A DNA stretch of 38,692 nt from a virus (Duplodnaviria > Caudoviricetes), in IMG/VR virus record IMGVR_UViG_3300033076_001009, positions 1 to 38,692 of that record; one strand, given 5' to 3'. Made by a program: the position numbers and the translations under genes. Shown one piece after another: positions 14,611-24,423 of this stretch. The stretch's first letter is position 1. Each line of letters opens with the position of its first letter. Below the pieces are notes generated by a model that was given only the letters and a program-made list of their open reading frames with translations, made no database searches and had not been told where the DNA came from.

Positions 14611-16111
14611 CGATGAAATGGAATTGATGTCTAGGCTTTGGTCACCCAAAGTTAAAGACAATCTGCTGACATTTGTTTTGATGGCTTTTCCTTGGGGCCA
14701 GCCAGGTACACCACTGGAGCATTTCAACGGACCGCGTAAATGGCAGCGCGAGGTGCTGGCGGAATTGACGGAGCATATTGCGCACAACAAAGGCAAAGTT
14801 AATTTTGATACTTTTCGCATGGCCGTGTCGTCTGGGCGCGGTATCGGCAAGTCTGCTTTGGTCAGCTGGCTTGTGCTTTGGATGTTGACTACACGTATCG
14901 GCGGCTCTGTGATTGTTAGTGCGAACAGTGAAAGCCAGCTTCGGTCTGTTACTTGGGCCGAAATTACAAAATGGTGCGCCATGCTGATTAACAGTCATTG
15001 GTTTGAAATCAGCGCCACACGCGTTATGCCCGCCAAATGGCTTACTGAATTGGTTGAACGTGATCTGAAAAAAGGCACCCGCTATTGGGCGATTGAAGGC
15101 CGATTGTGGTCGGAAGAAAATCCGGACGCGTACGCCGGTTTGCACAATGCAGATGGGGTTATGCTGGTGCTAGATGAGAGCTCCGGCATCCCTGATGCTA
15201 TTTGGTCCGTTGCGTCTGGCTTCTTTACGGAGAACACGCCCAACCGGTTCTGGATGGCGTTCTCCAACCCACGGCGCAACACGGGGTACTTCTACGAGAC
15301 GTTCCACTCCAAGCGAGAGTTCTGGCGCACAAAGGTGGTGGACGCCCGTACAGTAGAAGGCACGGACAAGGCGGTGTACCAGCAGATCATCGACGAATAC
15401 GGACCCGACTCCAGCCAGGCGCACGTGGAGGTGTACGGCGAGTTCCCGAACGCGGGGGACGACCAGTTCATCTCCGCGTCAGTCGTGGACGAGGCCATGC
15501 GCAGGCCCAAGTACAAGGACCTGTCCGCTCCAATAGTGATCGGGGTGGACCCAGCGCGGTTCGGAGCGGACGCGACGGTCATTGCGGTGCGGCAGGGCCG
15601 GGACATCGTGGCCATCAAGCGGCACAGGGGCGACGACACCATGACGGTGGTCGGGCACGTGATCGACGCCATTGAGGAGTACCAACCGGCAATGGTGGTG
15701 ATCGACGAGGGGGGCCTCGGGGCTGGCATCGTGGACCGGCTCAAGGAGCAGCGCTACAAGGTCAAAGGGGTAAACTTTGGCAACAAGGCCAAGAACCCGA
15801 TCATGTACGGCAACAAACGGGCGGAAATGTGGGGCGCCATGCGTGAATGGCTGAAAACAGCCTCGGTGCCACTTGACAGGTTCTTGAAAACCGATCTAAT
15901 TTCGCCTATGATGAAGCCGGACTCCAAAGGCACGATCTTTTTGGAGTCCAAGAAGGACATGAAAGCACGGGGGCTGGCCTCGCCGGACGCCGCAGATGCG
16001 ATCTGCGTGACGTTTGCGTTTCCTATTGCCCACCGTGAGGCACGCGCTGCTGCACCGCGTACCATGCACGCTGATCGAAGTGCGGTCGTTACATCTTGGA
16101 TGGGGTCATAA
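14585..16111 (+). CDS. terL: Terminase large subunit
   Basis: SGRGIGKS Walker A, LVLDE Walker B, FSNP motif III, GVDPARFGAD and SPDAADA RNase H-like nuclease motifs; start ATG 14585 after AAGGA. Confidence 0.95.
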   Translation: MQSTIYSVDDEMELMSRLWSPKVKDNLLTFVLMAFPWGQPGTPLEHFNGPRKWQREVLAELTEHIAHNKGKVNFDTFRMAVSSGRGIGKSALVSWLVLWMLTTRIGGSVIVSANSESQLRSVTWAEITKWCAMLINSHWFEISATRVMPAKWLTELVERDLKKGTRYWAIEGRLWSEENPDAYAGLHNADGVMLVLDESSGIPDAIWSVASGFFTENTPNRFWMAFSNPRRNTGYFYETFHSKREFWRTKVVDARTVEGTDKAVYQQIIDEYGPDSSQAHVEVYGEFPNAGDDQFISASVVDEAMRRPKYKDLSAPIVIGVDPARFGADATVIAVRQGRDIVAIKRHRGDDTMTVVGHVIDAIEEYQPAMVVIDEGGLGAGIVDRLKEQRYKVKGVNFGNKAKNPIMYGNKRAEMWGAMREWLKTASVPLDRFLKTDLISPMMKPDSKGTIFLESKKDMKARGLASPDAADAICVTFAFPIAHREARAAAPRTMHADRSAVVTSWMGS

Positions 16112-16112
16112 T

Positions 16113-16250
16113 ATGCCGCTGAAAAAGTCGCCGAGCAAACCGGCGTTCCGCGAGAACGTCAAGGCTGAAGTCAAAGCGGGCAAACCCGTCAAGCAAGCCG
16201 TGGCCATCGCCTACGCTGTCAAACGTGAAGCAGAAAAGAAGAAGAAATGA
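16113..16250 (+). CDS. Small basic protein (KQAVAIA motif)
   Basis: MPLKKSPSKPAFRENVKAEVKAGKPVKQAVAIAYAVKREAEKKKK; a type often seen near head genes. Confidence 0.78.
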   Translation: MPLKKSPSKPAFRENVKAEVKAGKPVKQAVAIAYAVKREAEKKKK

Positions 16251-16483
16251 GAGCCCTACAGAATTGTCTGATCATCGAGCGGGATGTTGAGAAACACGCT
16301 TTTCTGGAACTGCCGCCAGGCGAGAAAATGGAGACCGGCATCGTCGTATCCGCCGGGCCTGACTGCAAAGAGCTCAAAGTGGGCGACCACCTGTATTTTG
16401 GCGTTGGGCAAGAATTCACGTATGATCGCAAGGACTACGTCGTCATGCGTGAGCCCCACGTTTTAGGAGTCCTCAATGGCTGA
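16247..16483 (+). CDS. groES: GroES/Cpn10-like co-chaperonin
   Basis: MRALQNCLIIER...GIVVSAGP...LKVGDHLYF...YVVMREPHVLGVL follows the Cpn10 pattern. Confidence 0.8.
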   Translation: MRALQNCLIIERDVEKHAFLELPPGEKMETGIVVSAGPDCKELKVGDHLYFGVGQEFTYDRKDYVVMREPHVLGVLNG

Positions 16484-18656
16484 CCCAACCGGCATGGTCG
16501 CCGCAGCAAACGTAGCTGCTGGCGGCAAACCACCCAAATCTGCATCGGACATCCTGACCGTTGCCCGCGCCCGCCTCGACATGGCGGTATCGGCGCTGGC
16601 TGAGAGCCGCGAAGATGAGATTGACGACCTGCGCTTTTATGCAGGCTCCCCAGACAACCACTGGCAGTGGCCAGCCGACGTGCTGGCAACCCGAGGCGCG
16701 GTCCAAGGCCAGACCATCAACGCCCGGCCTACGCTGACCATCAACAAGCTACCCCAGCACGTGCGTCAAGTGACGAACGACATGCGGCAAAACCGCCCCG
16801 GCGCCAAAGTCATCCCTGTGGACGACAACGCGGACGTGGAAGTGGCGGAGATTTTCAACGGCATGATCCGCCACATCGAGTACATCTCGGATGCGGACGT
16901 GGCCTACGACACAGCGTGCGAGAACCAGGTGGCCTACGGCGAAGGCTACATCACGCTGTACACAGAATACTGCGACGCCAACACGTTCGATCAGGACATC
17001 AAGATCGGGCGCATCCGCAACTCGTTCTCGGTCTACATGGACCCGCTGATCCAAGACCCGACAGGCGCAGATGCCAAGTGGTGTTTCATCACGGAAGACC
17101 TGACCAAGGCCGAATACGAGCGTCAGTACCCGGACGCAGCGCCGATTTCGACGCTCCAGTCACTGGGTGTGGGCGATCAGTCGATCAGCAACTGGCTTAA
17201 TGAGGATACGGTCCGCATTGCGGGCTACTACTACATCGATTACGACAAAGCCACGCTGAACCTGTACCCAGGAGGTCAGACTGCGTTCGAGGGCACGCCC
17301 GAGGACAAGCAGTTCCGCATGATCTACGGCAAGCCCAAGCGCAGCCGCGTGTCTGAGCAGCCCCGCGTGAAGTACTGCAAGATCAACGGCTACGAGATTC
17401 TTGAGGAAAAAGAGTGGGCGGGCAAGTGGATTCCTGTGGTCCGCGTGATCGGCAACGAATTTGAGGTCGATGGCCGTATTTACGTGTCGGGCTTGGTGCG
17501 CAACGCCAAAGACGCCCAGCGCATGTACAACTACTGGGTGTCCCAAGAGGCCGAAATGCTGGCTCTGGCGCCAAAAGCGCCGTTTATCGGCTACGGCGGC
17601 CAGTTTGAGGGCTACGAAGACAAGTGGAAGACGGCCAACACCAACAATTGGCCGTATCTGGAGGTCAATCCTGACGTCACAGACGGCTCTGGCAGCATTT
17701 TGCCGCTGCCCCAGCGCGCCCAGCCCCCAATGGCCTCGTCTGGCCTCCTGCAAGCCAAGGCAGGGGCCTCTGACGACATCAAAGCGACCACTGGCCAGTA
17801 CGATGCAAGCCTCGGTATTGGTGGCAACGAGCGCTCTGGCAAGGCTATTTTGGCCCGTCAGCGCGAAGGCGACGTGGGTACGTACCACTACGGCGACAAT
17901 TTGACCCGTGCAGTGCGCCATATCGCCCGTCAACTGGTCGATTTGATCCCGAAAATCTACGACACACAGCGTATTGCCCGAATCATCGGTGAAGACGGCG
18001 AAACCAAGATGGTCAAGATCAATCCCGAGCAAGAAGAGCCAGTGCGCAAGCTGGTGGACGAGCAGGGTATCGTGATCGAGAAGATTTACAACCCCGGCGT
18101 GGGCAAATACGACGTTGTGGCCACCACAGGCCCCGGCTACGCAACCAAACGCCAAGAAGCGCTCGAGGCCATGGCCCAACTGTTGCAAGGCAACCCACAA
18201 TTGTGGGCTGTGGCCGGCGATTTGTTTGTCAAGAACATGGATTGGCCAGGTGCGCAGGAGATGGCCAAGCGTTTTGCCAAGACCATCGACCCGAAAATCC
18301 TGCAAGACGACGACAAATCGCCCGCTTTGCAGGCCGCCGAACAGCAAATTCAGGCCATGGGCGCGGAAATGGAAAACATGTACCGCATGCTCCAAAACGT
18401 GCAAAATTCCATGGAAGCACGCGATCTGGACATCAAGTCCTACGAGGCCCAAGTCAAGGCTTATCAGGCCGAAACCCAGCGTATTGCGGCCACACAGGCC
18501 AATATGTCACCCGAACAGATTCAAGACATCGTCATGGGTACCATTGCCGCGGCCATCGACACGGGCGGCCTGCCAGCAGGCCCAGCCCACATGGAGCTGC
18601 CAGTCGAGTCGCAAGAAGCGCCTGAAATGGTCCAAGAACCTGGAGAAATGCAATGA
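16476..18656 (+). CDS. Portal protein, P22 gp1-like
   Basis: 726 aa; QWP, RPTLTINKL, GLVRNAKDAQRMYNY, SGKAILARQ, GKYDV...GPGYATKRQEA; Gln-rich C-terminal barrel. Confidence 0.93.
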   Translation: MADPTGMVAAANVAAGGKPPKSASDILTVARARLDMAVSALAESREDEIDDLRFYAGSPDNHWQWPADVLATRGAVQGQTINARPTLTINKLPQHVRQVTNDMRQNRPGAKVIPVDDNADVEVAEIFNGMIRHIEYISDADVAYDTACENQVAYGEGYITLYTEYCDANTFDQDIKIGRIRNSFSVYMDPLIQDPTGADAKWCFITEDLTKAEYERQYPDAAPISTLQSLGVGDQSISNWLNEDTVRIAGYYYIDYDKATLNLYPGGQTAFEGTPEDKQFRMIYGKPKRSRVSEQPRVKYCKINGYEILEEKEWAGKWIPVVRVIGNEFEVDGRIYVSGLVRNAKDAQRMYNYWVSQEAEMLALAPKAPFIGYGGQFEGYEDKWKTANTNNWPYLEVNPDVTDGSGSILPLPQRAQPPMASSGLLQAKAGASDDIKATTGQYDASLGIGGNERSGKAILARQREGDVGTYHYGDNLTRAVRHIARQLVDLIPKIYDTQRIARIIGEDGETKMVKINPEQEEPVRKLVDEQGIVIEKIYNPGVGKYDVVATTGPGYATKRQEALEAMAQLLQGNPQLWAVAGDLFVKNMDWPGAQEMAKRFAKTIDPKILQDDDKSPALQAAEQQIQAMGAEMENMYRMLQNVQNSMEARDLDIKSYEAQVKAYQAETQRIAATQANMSPEQIQDIVMGTIAAAIDTGGLPAGPAHMELPVESQEAPEMVQEPGEMQ

Positions 18657-19015
18657 ACGCGGCTGAATTTGTAGGCCAACTGTTCTTGGCGCGCGATGTG
18701 GCCCATTCCGTGCATCTGAACACCCGCTCATACGCCAAGCACAAGGCGCTCCAAGAGTTCTACGAGACCATCGTGGACCATGCAGACGCCTTTGCGGAAG
18801 CCTACCAAGGTCGGCACGGGCTGATTGGCCCGATCTCCCTGCATTCAGCCAAAAAGACGAACAACGTCATCGAATTCCTGCAAGGCCAACTTGCCGAGCT
18901 GGAAGCCGCCCGCTATGATGTGGTCAGCAAGAGCGATTCCTCGCTGCAACAGCTGATCGACAATATCGTCGAGCTGTACCTCAGCACGCTCTACAAACTG
19001 AGGTTTTTGGCATGA
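18653..19015 (+). CDS. Ferritin/Dps-like four-helix protein (DUF5856-like)
   Basis: HSVHLNTRSYAKHKALQEFYE...DAFAEAYQG...YKLRFL. Confidence 0.75.
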   Translation: MNAAEFVGQLFLARDVAHSVHLNTRSYAKHKALQEFYETIVDHADAFAEAYQGRHGLIGPISLHSAKKTNNVIEFLQGQLAELEAARYDVVSKSDSSLQQLIDNIVELYLSTLYKLRFLA

Positions 19016-19770
19016 CCGAATCGACATCGCAAACACAGTACGGCAAAAACGAGCCGTTTGATCTGCAAGTCTCGCGTGGGCAGATCCAAAACCACACTGC
19101 TGTGTTTCGGTCGGCCTATTCAACCGTCATTACGACGGGCCAAAACTATGCAGTGTGGAACCGCACAGCCAACTACACGTTTCCCGCTTCTGCGTCTGTA
19201 ATGACAATCTCCAGCAGCGCTACTGGCGATGTCGGCCAGGTTGTGCTTGTAACGGGGCTTGATTCCAGCTACAACCAGATCCAAGAAACTTTGGTGCTCA
19301 ACGGCCAAACTGCTGTGTCCAGTACCAAATCGTTTTTTCGTGTGAATGACATGTTGGTGCTCACGGACAGCCCCACAGGCAGTATCTATTTTGGTACGGG
19401 CACAGTGACAGCAGGTGTTCCGGCTAACGTGTATGGCTTCATTTATGCAGGTGACAACCAGCAGCTTGGCGGCTGGTACACCGTCCCTGCTGGCCACTCG
19501 CTGTACATCCAAGGCGGCAGCGTCAATTGTTCCTTGGCCAACCAAAACAAGCTGGTAACCATTAACTTCAGCACAACTGTTGGTGGTGTTCGGTACTCTG
19601 CGGCTAAAATTATCTCCAGCGGCGGTTTTCAGCATTACCCATACACGCCGCCTTTAGCAGCGCCAGAAAAATCTGACCTGCTTGATACGGCAACCACAAC
19701 AGACGCATCGGTTTCCACTGTGACCGCCAATTTGAGCGGTATTTTGATCAAAAATTTAACGGGGTATTGA
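19012..19770 (+). CDS. Putative virion structural protein
   Basis: 252 aa, Thr/Ser/Gly-rich beta-type composition, in the late operon. Confidence 0.7.
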   Translation: MTESTSQTQYGKNEPFDLQVSRGQIQNHTAVFRSAYSTVITTGQNYAVWNRTANYTFPASASVMTISSSATGDVGQVVLVTGLDSSYNQIQETLVLNGQTAVSSTKSFFRVNDMLVLTDSPTGSIYFGTGTVTAGVPANVYGFIYAGDNQQLGGWYTVPAGHSLYIQGGSVNCSLANQNKLVTINFSTTVGGVRYSAAKIISSGGFQHYPYTPPLAAPEKSDLLDTATTTDASVSTVTANLSGILIKNLTGY

Positions 19771-19771
19771 C

Positions 19772-20038
19772 ATGTCAAACTACGCCGCCATTTCGGCCAC
19801 CACTCAAATTAAACCCGCCGCTGGCAAGATCAACGGCATTTTTGTGAGTGCGGCGTCCAGCACGCCCACAATCACGGTCTATGATTCGGCGGTTTCGAGC
19901 ACTTCGGACCCTGTGGTTTTGGCGACTTTCACGCCAACGGCAAATACCAACCACAACTTTTTCCAAGGTCTGTACACCAACAAAGGCATCTATGTCGTGA
20001 TTGGCGGTACGGTCAGCGCGACCATCAGTTACGAGTAA
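19772..20038 (+). CDS. Small beta-rich putative structural protein
   Basis: 88 aa (GIFVS...ITVYDS...GIYVVIGG), directly before the fibre gene. Confidence 0.7.
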   Translation: MSNYAAISATTQIKPAAGKINGIFVSAASSTPTITVYDSAVSSTSDPVVLATFTPTANTNHNFFQGLYTNKGIYVVIGGTVSATISYE

Positions 20039-20047
20039 GGAGCTGCG

Positions 20048-21997
20048 ATGGCAGACGTTAAAATTTCCCAACTGCCAGCAGCAACCACCCCGCTGGCGGG
20101 CACTGAAGAAGTGCCTCTGGTCCAAAGCGGAACGACTAAAAAAGCCACCGTTGATGACATTGCAGCAGCGGTTGATGTTGGCGTTACGTCGGTCACCGGC
20201 ACAGCTCCTGTCGTGTCGTCTGGCGGCGCTACGCCTGCCATCAGTATGGCGGCTGCTAGCGGCTCGACCGATGGCTATTTGACCTCGGCTGACTGGACCA
20301 CGTTCAACAGCAAAGGCTCTGGCACCGTGACTGCGGTCACCGGCATGTCGCCTATTGTGTCTTCGGGTGGTACAACACCTGCCATCAGCATTCCGGCAGC
20401 CAGCGGGTCTACCAGCGGCTACCTGACATCGACTGATTGGACCACGTTCAACAGCAAATACTCGACGGGCGGGGCCTTGGGTACGCCTTCCAGCGGCACG
20501 GCCACCAACCTGACTGGCCTACCCTTGTCCACTGGCGTAACAGGCATTTTGCCTGTGGCCAACGGCGGCAGCGGCACAGCTACACCCAGCTTAGTTGCGG
20601 GCAGCAACGTCACGATCACAGGCACTTGGCCCAACCAAACCATTGCGGCTACTGCTGGCGGTTCTGGCACGGTCACATCTGTGGCTACAGGCACTGGTTT
20701 GACTGGCGGTCCGATTACCACAAGCGGCACCATTTCGCTGGCCGACACTGCTGTAACGCCTGGCACCTATACAGCGGCCAACATTACTGTGGATGCTCAA
20801 GGCCGTATCACGGCTGCGGCCAACGGTTCGGGCGGCGGTGGCGGTACAGTGACTTCGGTGGCTTTGTCTATGCCCACAGGTTTTTCTGTGTCCGGCAGCC
20901 CAATCACCACATCAGGCACTCTGGCCGTCACGACCACATTGAGCGGCGTGCTCAAAGGCACCGGTTCGGGCATCACTGCTGCCACATCTGGCACCGATTA
21001 CGCGCCAGCCACCAGCGGGTCCAGCATTTTGTACGGCAACGGTGCGGGTGGTTTTAGCAACGTCACTATCGGCTCGGGCTTGTCGTTTTCTACTGGCACC
21101 CTGAGTGCTACTGGCGGTACGGGCACAGTCACTTCTGTAGACGTGTCTGGCGGTACGACTGGTTTGACCACTTCAGGTGGCCCAATCACTTCATCTGGCA
21201 CCATTACGCTGGCGGGCACACTGGGCGTGGCCAACGGCGGCACGGGCGCTACGACTTTGACCGGTCTGGTTAAGGGCAACGGTACAAGCGCTTTTACCGC
21301 GGCTACGGCGGGCACGGACTACATCGTGCCTGGCGGCGTTCTTGGTACACCTTCTAGCGGTACGCTGACCAACGTGACGGGTTTGCCCATCAGCACCGGT
21401 GTGTCCGGTCTGGGTACGGGTGTGGCAACAGCATTGGCTGTCAACGTCGGCTCGGCTGGTGCTCCAGTCGTCAACGGCGGAGCCCTTGGCACACCTTCCA
21501 GCGGTACGTTGACCAACGCGACTGGCCTGCCCATCAGCACCGGCGTGTCCGGTCTAGGCACTGGCATCGCTACGTTCCTGACCACACCCAGCTCGGCCAA
21601 CTTGCTGGCTGCAATGACCGATGAGACTGGTTCGGGCTTGGCGGTGTTCAACAGCGCCCCTGCATTGACCAACCCCACGGTCACCAACTACGTTGAGACT
21701 GCGTACAGTGCCAACAGCTCGACAGCCATCACGCTGGCTTTGACCAACGGCACGGTGCAAATCATCACGCTGACTGGTAACGCCACGATCACGATGCCGT
21801 CTGCTGTGGCAGGCAAATCGTTCATCATGTACCTGAAGCAAGACGCCACTGGCTCGCGCACAGTGACTTGGTCTACGGTTGTCTGGCCAGGTGGCACAGC
21901 ACCTACGATCACGGCTACCGCCAGCAAGATGGACATCTACTCGTTCTTTAGCGATGGAACAAACTGGTATGGCGTCACTGTTGGCCAAAACTACTGA
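20048..21997 (+). CDS. Gly/Thr/Ser-rich fibre protein
   Basis: N-terminal MADVKISQLP module; internal repeats (GYLTS.DWTTFNSK x2, GG.LGTPSSGT.TN.TGLP.STGV x3, GTVTSV x3); C-terminal LKQDATGSRTVTW...WPGGTAPT...DGTNWYG domain. Confidence 0.85.
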   Translation: MADVKISQLPAATTPLAGTEEVPLVQSGTTKKATVDDIAAAVDVGVTSVTGTAPVVSSGGATPAISMAAASGSTDGYLTSADWTTFNSKGSGTVTAVTGMSPIVSSGGTTPAISIPAASGSTSGYLTSTDWTTFNSKYSTGGALGTPSSGTATNLTGLPLSTGVTGILPVANGGSGTATPSLVAGSNVTITGTWPNQTIAATAGGSGTVTSVATGTGLTGGPITTSGTISLADTAVTPGTYTAANITVDAQGRITAAANGSGGGGGTVTSVALSMPTGFSVSGSPITTSGTLAVTTTLSGVLKGTGSGITAATSGTDYAPATSGSSILYGNGAGGFSNVTIGSGLSFSTGTLSATGGTGTVTSVDVSGGTTGLTTSGGPITSSGTITLAGTLGVANGGTGATTLTGLVKGNGTSAFTAATAGTDYIVPGGVLGTPSSGTLTNVTGLPISTGVSGLGTGVATALAVNVGSAGAPVVNGGALGTPSSGTLTNATGLPISTGVSGLGTGIATFLTTPSSANLLAAMTDETGSGLAVFNSAPALTNPTVTNYVETAYSANSSTAITLALTNGTVQIITLTGNATITMPSAVAGKSFIMYLKQDATGSRTVTWSTVVWPGGTAPTITATASKMDIYSFFSDGTNWYGVTVGQNY

Positions 21998-22005
21998 GGT
22001 GATTG

Positions 22006-23958
22006 ATGTTTGCTGCCTCTAAAACCAAAGGCGTTTCTGCCGTTGCCGCCAATTACATCGAGGATGTGTTCAGCACGTACCTCTACACAGGCAACGGCTC
22101 TACCCAGACGATCACCAACGGGATTGATCTGGCGGGTAAGGGTGGGTTGGTGTGGATTAAAGACAGAATCTACAATTCAAACCATTTTTTGTTTGACACC
22201 GTGCAAGGTGCTACAAAATATCTAAGTTCAAACGCAACAAACGCTTCTACAACTGATGCCACATCATTGACAGCGTTTAATGCTAATGGTTTTGCAATCG
22301 GAAGTAACGCAGACATTAACTTTAACGCAAGCAAGCTTGCCTCATGGACATTCCGTAAGCAGCCAAAGTTCTTTGATGTGGTGACGTATACGGGCACTGG
22401 TGCAGCACGCACTATTGCTCACAACCTTGGGTCTGCTCCACGATTCATGCTCGTCAAGCGTACAGACACTACAGGCAACTGGTGTGCGTATCACTCCGAC
22501 TTGGGGGCTACGCAAATTATGTTTCTTAACACTACTGCCGCAGCGGCTACAAACACCACGTATTGGAACTCAACAAACCCAAACACAACAGTTTTCAGTG
22601 TTGGCACAAACGCAGCAGTGAATGCGTCTGGCGGGTCTTATGTGGCTTACTTGTTCGCCTCCGACGCAGGAGGCTTTGGCCTGACGGGTACGGACAATGT
22701 GATTTCGTGTGGGTCGTTTACGTCAAATGCCAGTGATATTGCAACAGTTGATTTGGGTTTTGAGCCACAGCTTGTAATCATGAAGGCCGCAAGCACCACG
22801 GGTCAATGGTGGATGGCGGACAATATGCGCGGTTTTACTACAAGCGGGGAACAATATTTACTTGCCAACTCAAGCGGAGCAGAAGCTGCGGGGACTAATA
22901 TCAGAATAACAAACACAGGGTTTATCGAAAACAGCACTACTGGCTCGGCAACAACCTACATCTACATCGCCATCCGCCGTGGCCCGATGAAAGTGCCTAC
23001 GGATGCGACTAAGGTGTTTACACCGCAAATTTACACCGGTAACGGAACATCAAACCGGGCGCTGACCGGGTTTGGTTTTAGCCCTGACCTTGTGATTCAG
23101 CAGGTTCGTTCCAACCTTGTGTACAACAGCGCTGTTGCTGATCGTCTACGAGGCGTGAACAACACGGGGTCAACAATTGCTACGCCCATGCTTCGGACGA
23201 ACACAACTGAAGCAGAAGGTTACTCGGGTGCAACACAATCTGACATTCAGTTGCTAAACATGGACGGCATCACCGTTGGACCAAACTCATTTAGTTGGTC
23301 CAATGGCAGCGGGTACAACAACGCGCTTTGGAACTTCCGCCGCGCCCCCAGCTTCTTTGATGAGGTTTGCTATACGGGGACGGGAAGTGCTACGACTGTG
23401 ACGCATAACTTGGGTGTTGCACCCGAGATGATGATTGTCAAGTCGAGGTCGAGCGGTTTATACAACTGGCTTGTGTACCACGTTGCTATGGGCAACGACA
23501 AGTACGCGATCCTTAACACAACCGCCGCACAAGCCACTTCAACAGGAACTTGGAACAACACCACTCCAACAGCTTCTGTGTTTTCTCTAGGAAACAGTGC
23601 AGCAAACGCATCTGGCGCAACTTACGTTTGGTACGGATTTGCCACCTGCCCCGGCGTGAGCAAGGTCGGTAGCTACACAGGCAACGGAAGCACACAGACG
23701 ATCAACTGCGGCTTTACTGGCGGCGCTCGGTTTGTGCTTATTAAGCGTACCGACAGTACAGGTGATTGGTACGTCTACGACACAGCCCGTGGCATGACAA
23801 CGCTGACAGACCCGTATCTGTTGCTCAACAGCACTGCGGCTGAATCTGCAACGCTTGGCTCCGTCACTACGGTCACAACAGGCTTTGCTGTGAATGCCGC
23901 CGTCTTGGCTGCAATCAATACAAACGGCGCAAGCTACATTTTCTTGGCAATAGCCTGA
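22006..23958 (+). CDS. Putative receptor-binding/adhesin protein with repeated YTG(N/T)G modules
   Basis: Repeats such as YTGNGSTQTI and FFD.V.YTGTG...HNLG.AP..M.VK; two internally similar halves. Confidence 0.75.
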   Translation: MFAASKTKGVSAVAANYIEDVFSTYLYTGNGSTQTITNGIDLAGKGGLVWIKDRIYNSNHFLFDTVQGATKYLSSNATNASTTDATSLTAFNANGFAIGSNADINFNASKLASWTFRKQPKFFDVVTYTGTGAARTIAHNLGSAPRFMLVKRTDTTGNWCAYHSDLGATQIMFLNTTAAAATNTTYWNSTNPNTTVFSVGTNAAVNASGGSYVAYLFASDAGGFGLTGTDNVISCGSFTSNASDIATVDLGFEPQLVIMKAASTTGQWWMADNMRGFTTSGEQYLLANSSGAEAAGTNIRITNTGFIENSTTGSATTYIYIAIRRGPMKVPTDATKVFTPQIYTGNGTSNRALTGFGFSPDLVIQQVRSNLVYNSAVADRLRGVNNTGSTIATPMLRTNTTEAEGYSGATQSDIQLLNMDGITVGPNSFSWSNGSGYNNALWNFRRAPSFFDEVCYTGTGSATTVTHNLGVAPEMMIVKSRSSGLYNWLVYHVAMGNDKYAILNTTAAQATSTGTWNNTTPTASVFSLGNSAANASGATYVWYGFATCPGVSKVGSYTGNGSTQTINCGFTGGARFVLIKRTDSTGDWYVYDTARGMTTLTDPYLLLNSTAAESATLGSVTTVTTGFAVNAAVLAAINTNGASYIFLAIA

Positions 23959-23969
23959 TAGGAGCAAAA

Positions 23970-24413
23970 ATGGAAATCCGAATCAAAGCAACAGGCGCAG
24001 TGGTGCAGGAGCAAGAGTTCCGCGCCATGTTCCCCAACACAGGCTTCCCTGTTCCGCTGACGCCCGAGATCATCCACGACTTTGGCGGCGACGTTGTGCT
24101 GGAAGGCCCCCAAGCCCAGCCCACACGCTACCAAGTGGCCTACCGCGATGGCATCGAAGAAATCAACGGCCAATGGTTCACCAAGTACAGCGTGGCCGAC
24201 ATGGATCAAGAAGCTAAGGACGCTCTCGACGCTCAGCAGGCTGCGTCGGTTCGCGCCGAGCGAGACCGCCGTTTGGCCGCTTTGGACTGGACCCAAGGCA
24301 AAGACATTCCCGACAGCGTTAGCGGCCCCGCTGCTTTGGTGCGTCAGGGTTTACGCGATGTTCCGGCTCAAGCAGGTTTTCCATGGGAAATCACTTGGCC
24401 TGACGCTGCATAA
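23970..24413 (+). CDS. Tail fibre assembly chaperone-like protein
   Basis: C-terminal VRAERDRRLAALDWTQ...RQGLRDVPAQAGFPWEITWP motif. Confidence 0.78.
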   Translation: MEIRIKATGAVVQEQEFRAMFPNTGFPVPLTPEIIHDFGGDVVLEGPQAQPTRYQVAYRDGIEEINGQWFTKYSVADMDQEAKDALDAQQAASVRAERDRRLAALDWTQGKDIPDSVSGPAALVRQGLRDVPAQAGFPWEITWPDAA

Positions 24414-24423
24414 GTGCTATATT
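24395..24423 (+). promoter_or_regulatory. Possible internal promoter for the scaffold and coat genes
   Basis: TTGGCC-17 bp-TATATT with TGn extension, followed by a structured leader. Confidence 0.45.

Noticed and set aside
20048-23958. Diversity-generating retroelement or invertible tail-fibre system
   Set aside because: No reverse transcriptase or invertase gene, and no repeat pair differing only at adenines was seen; the repeats are in-frame protein repeats.
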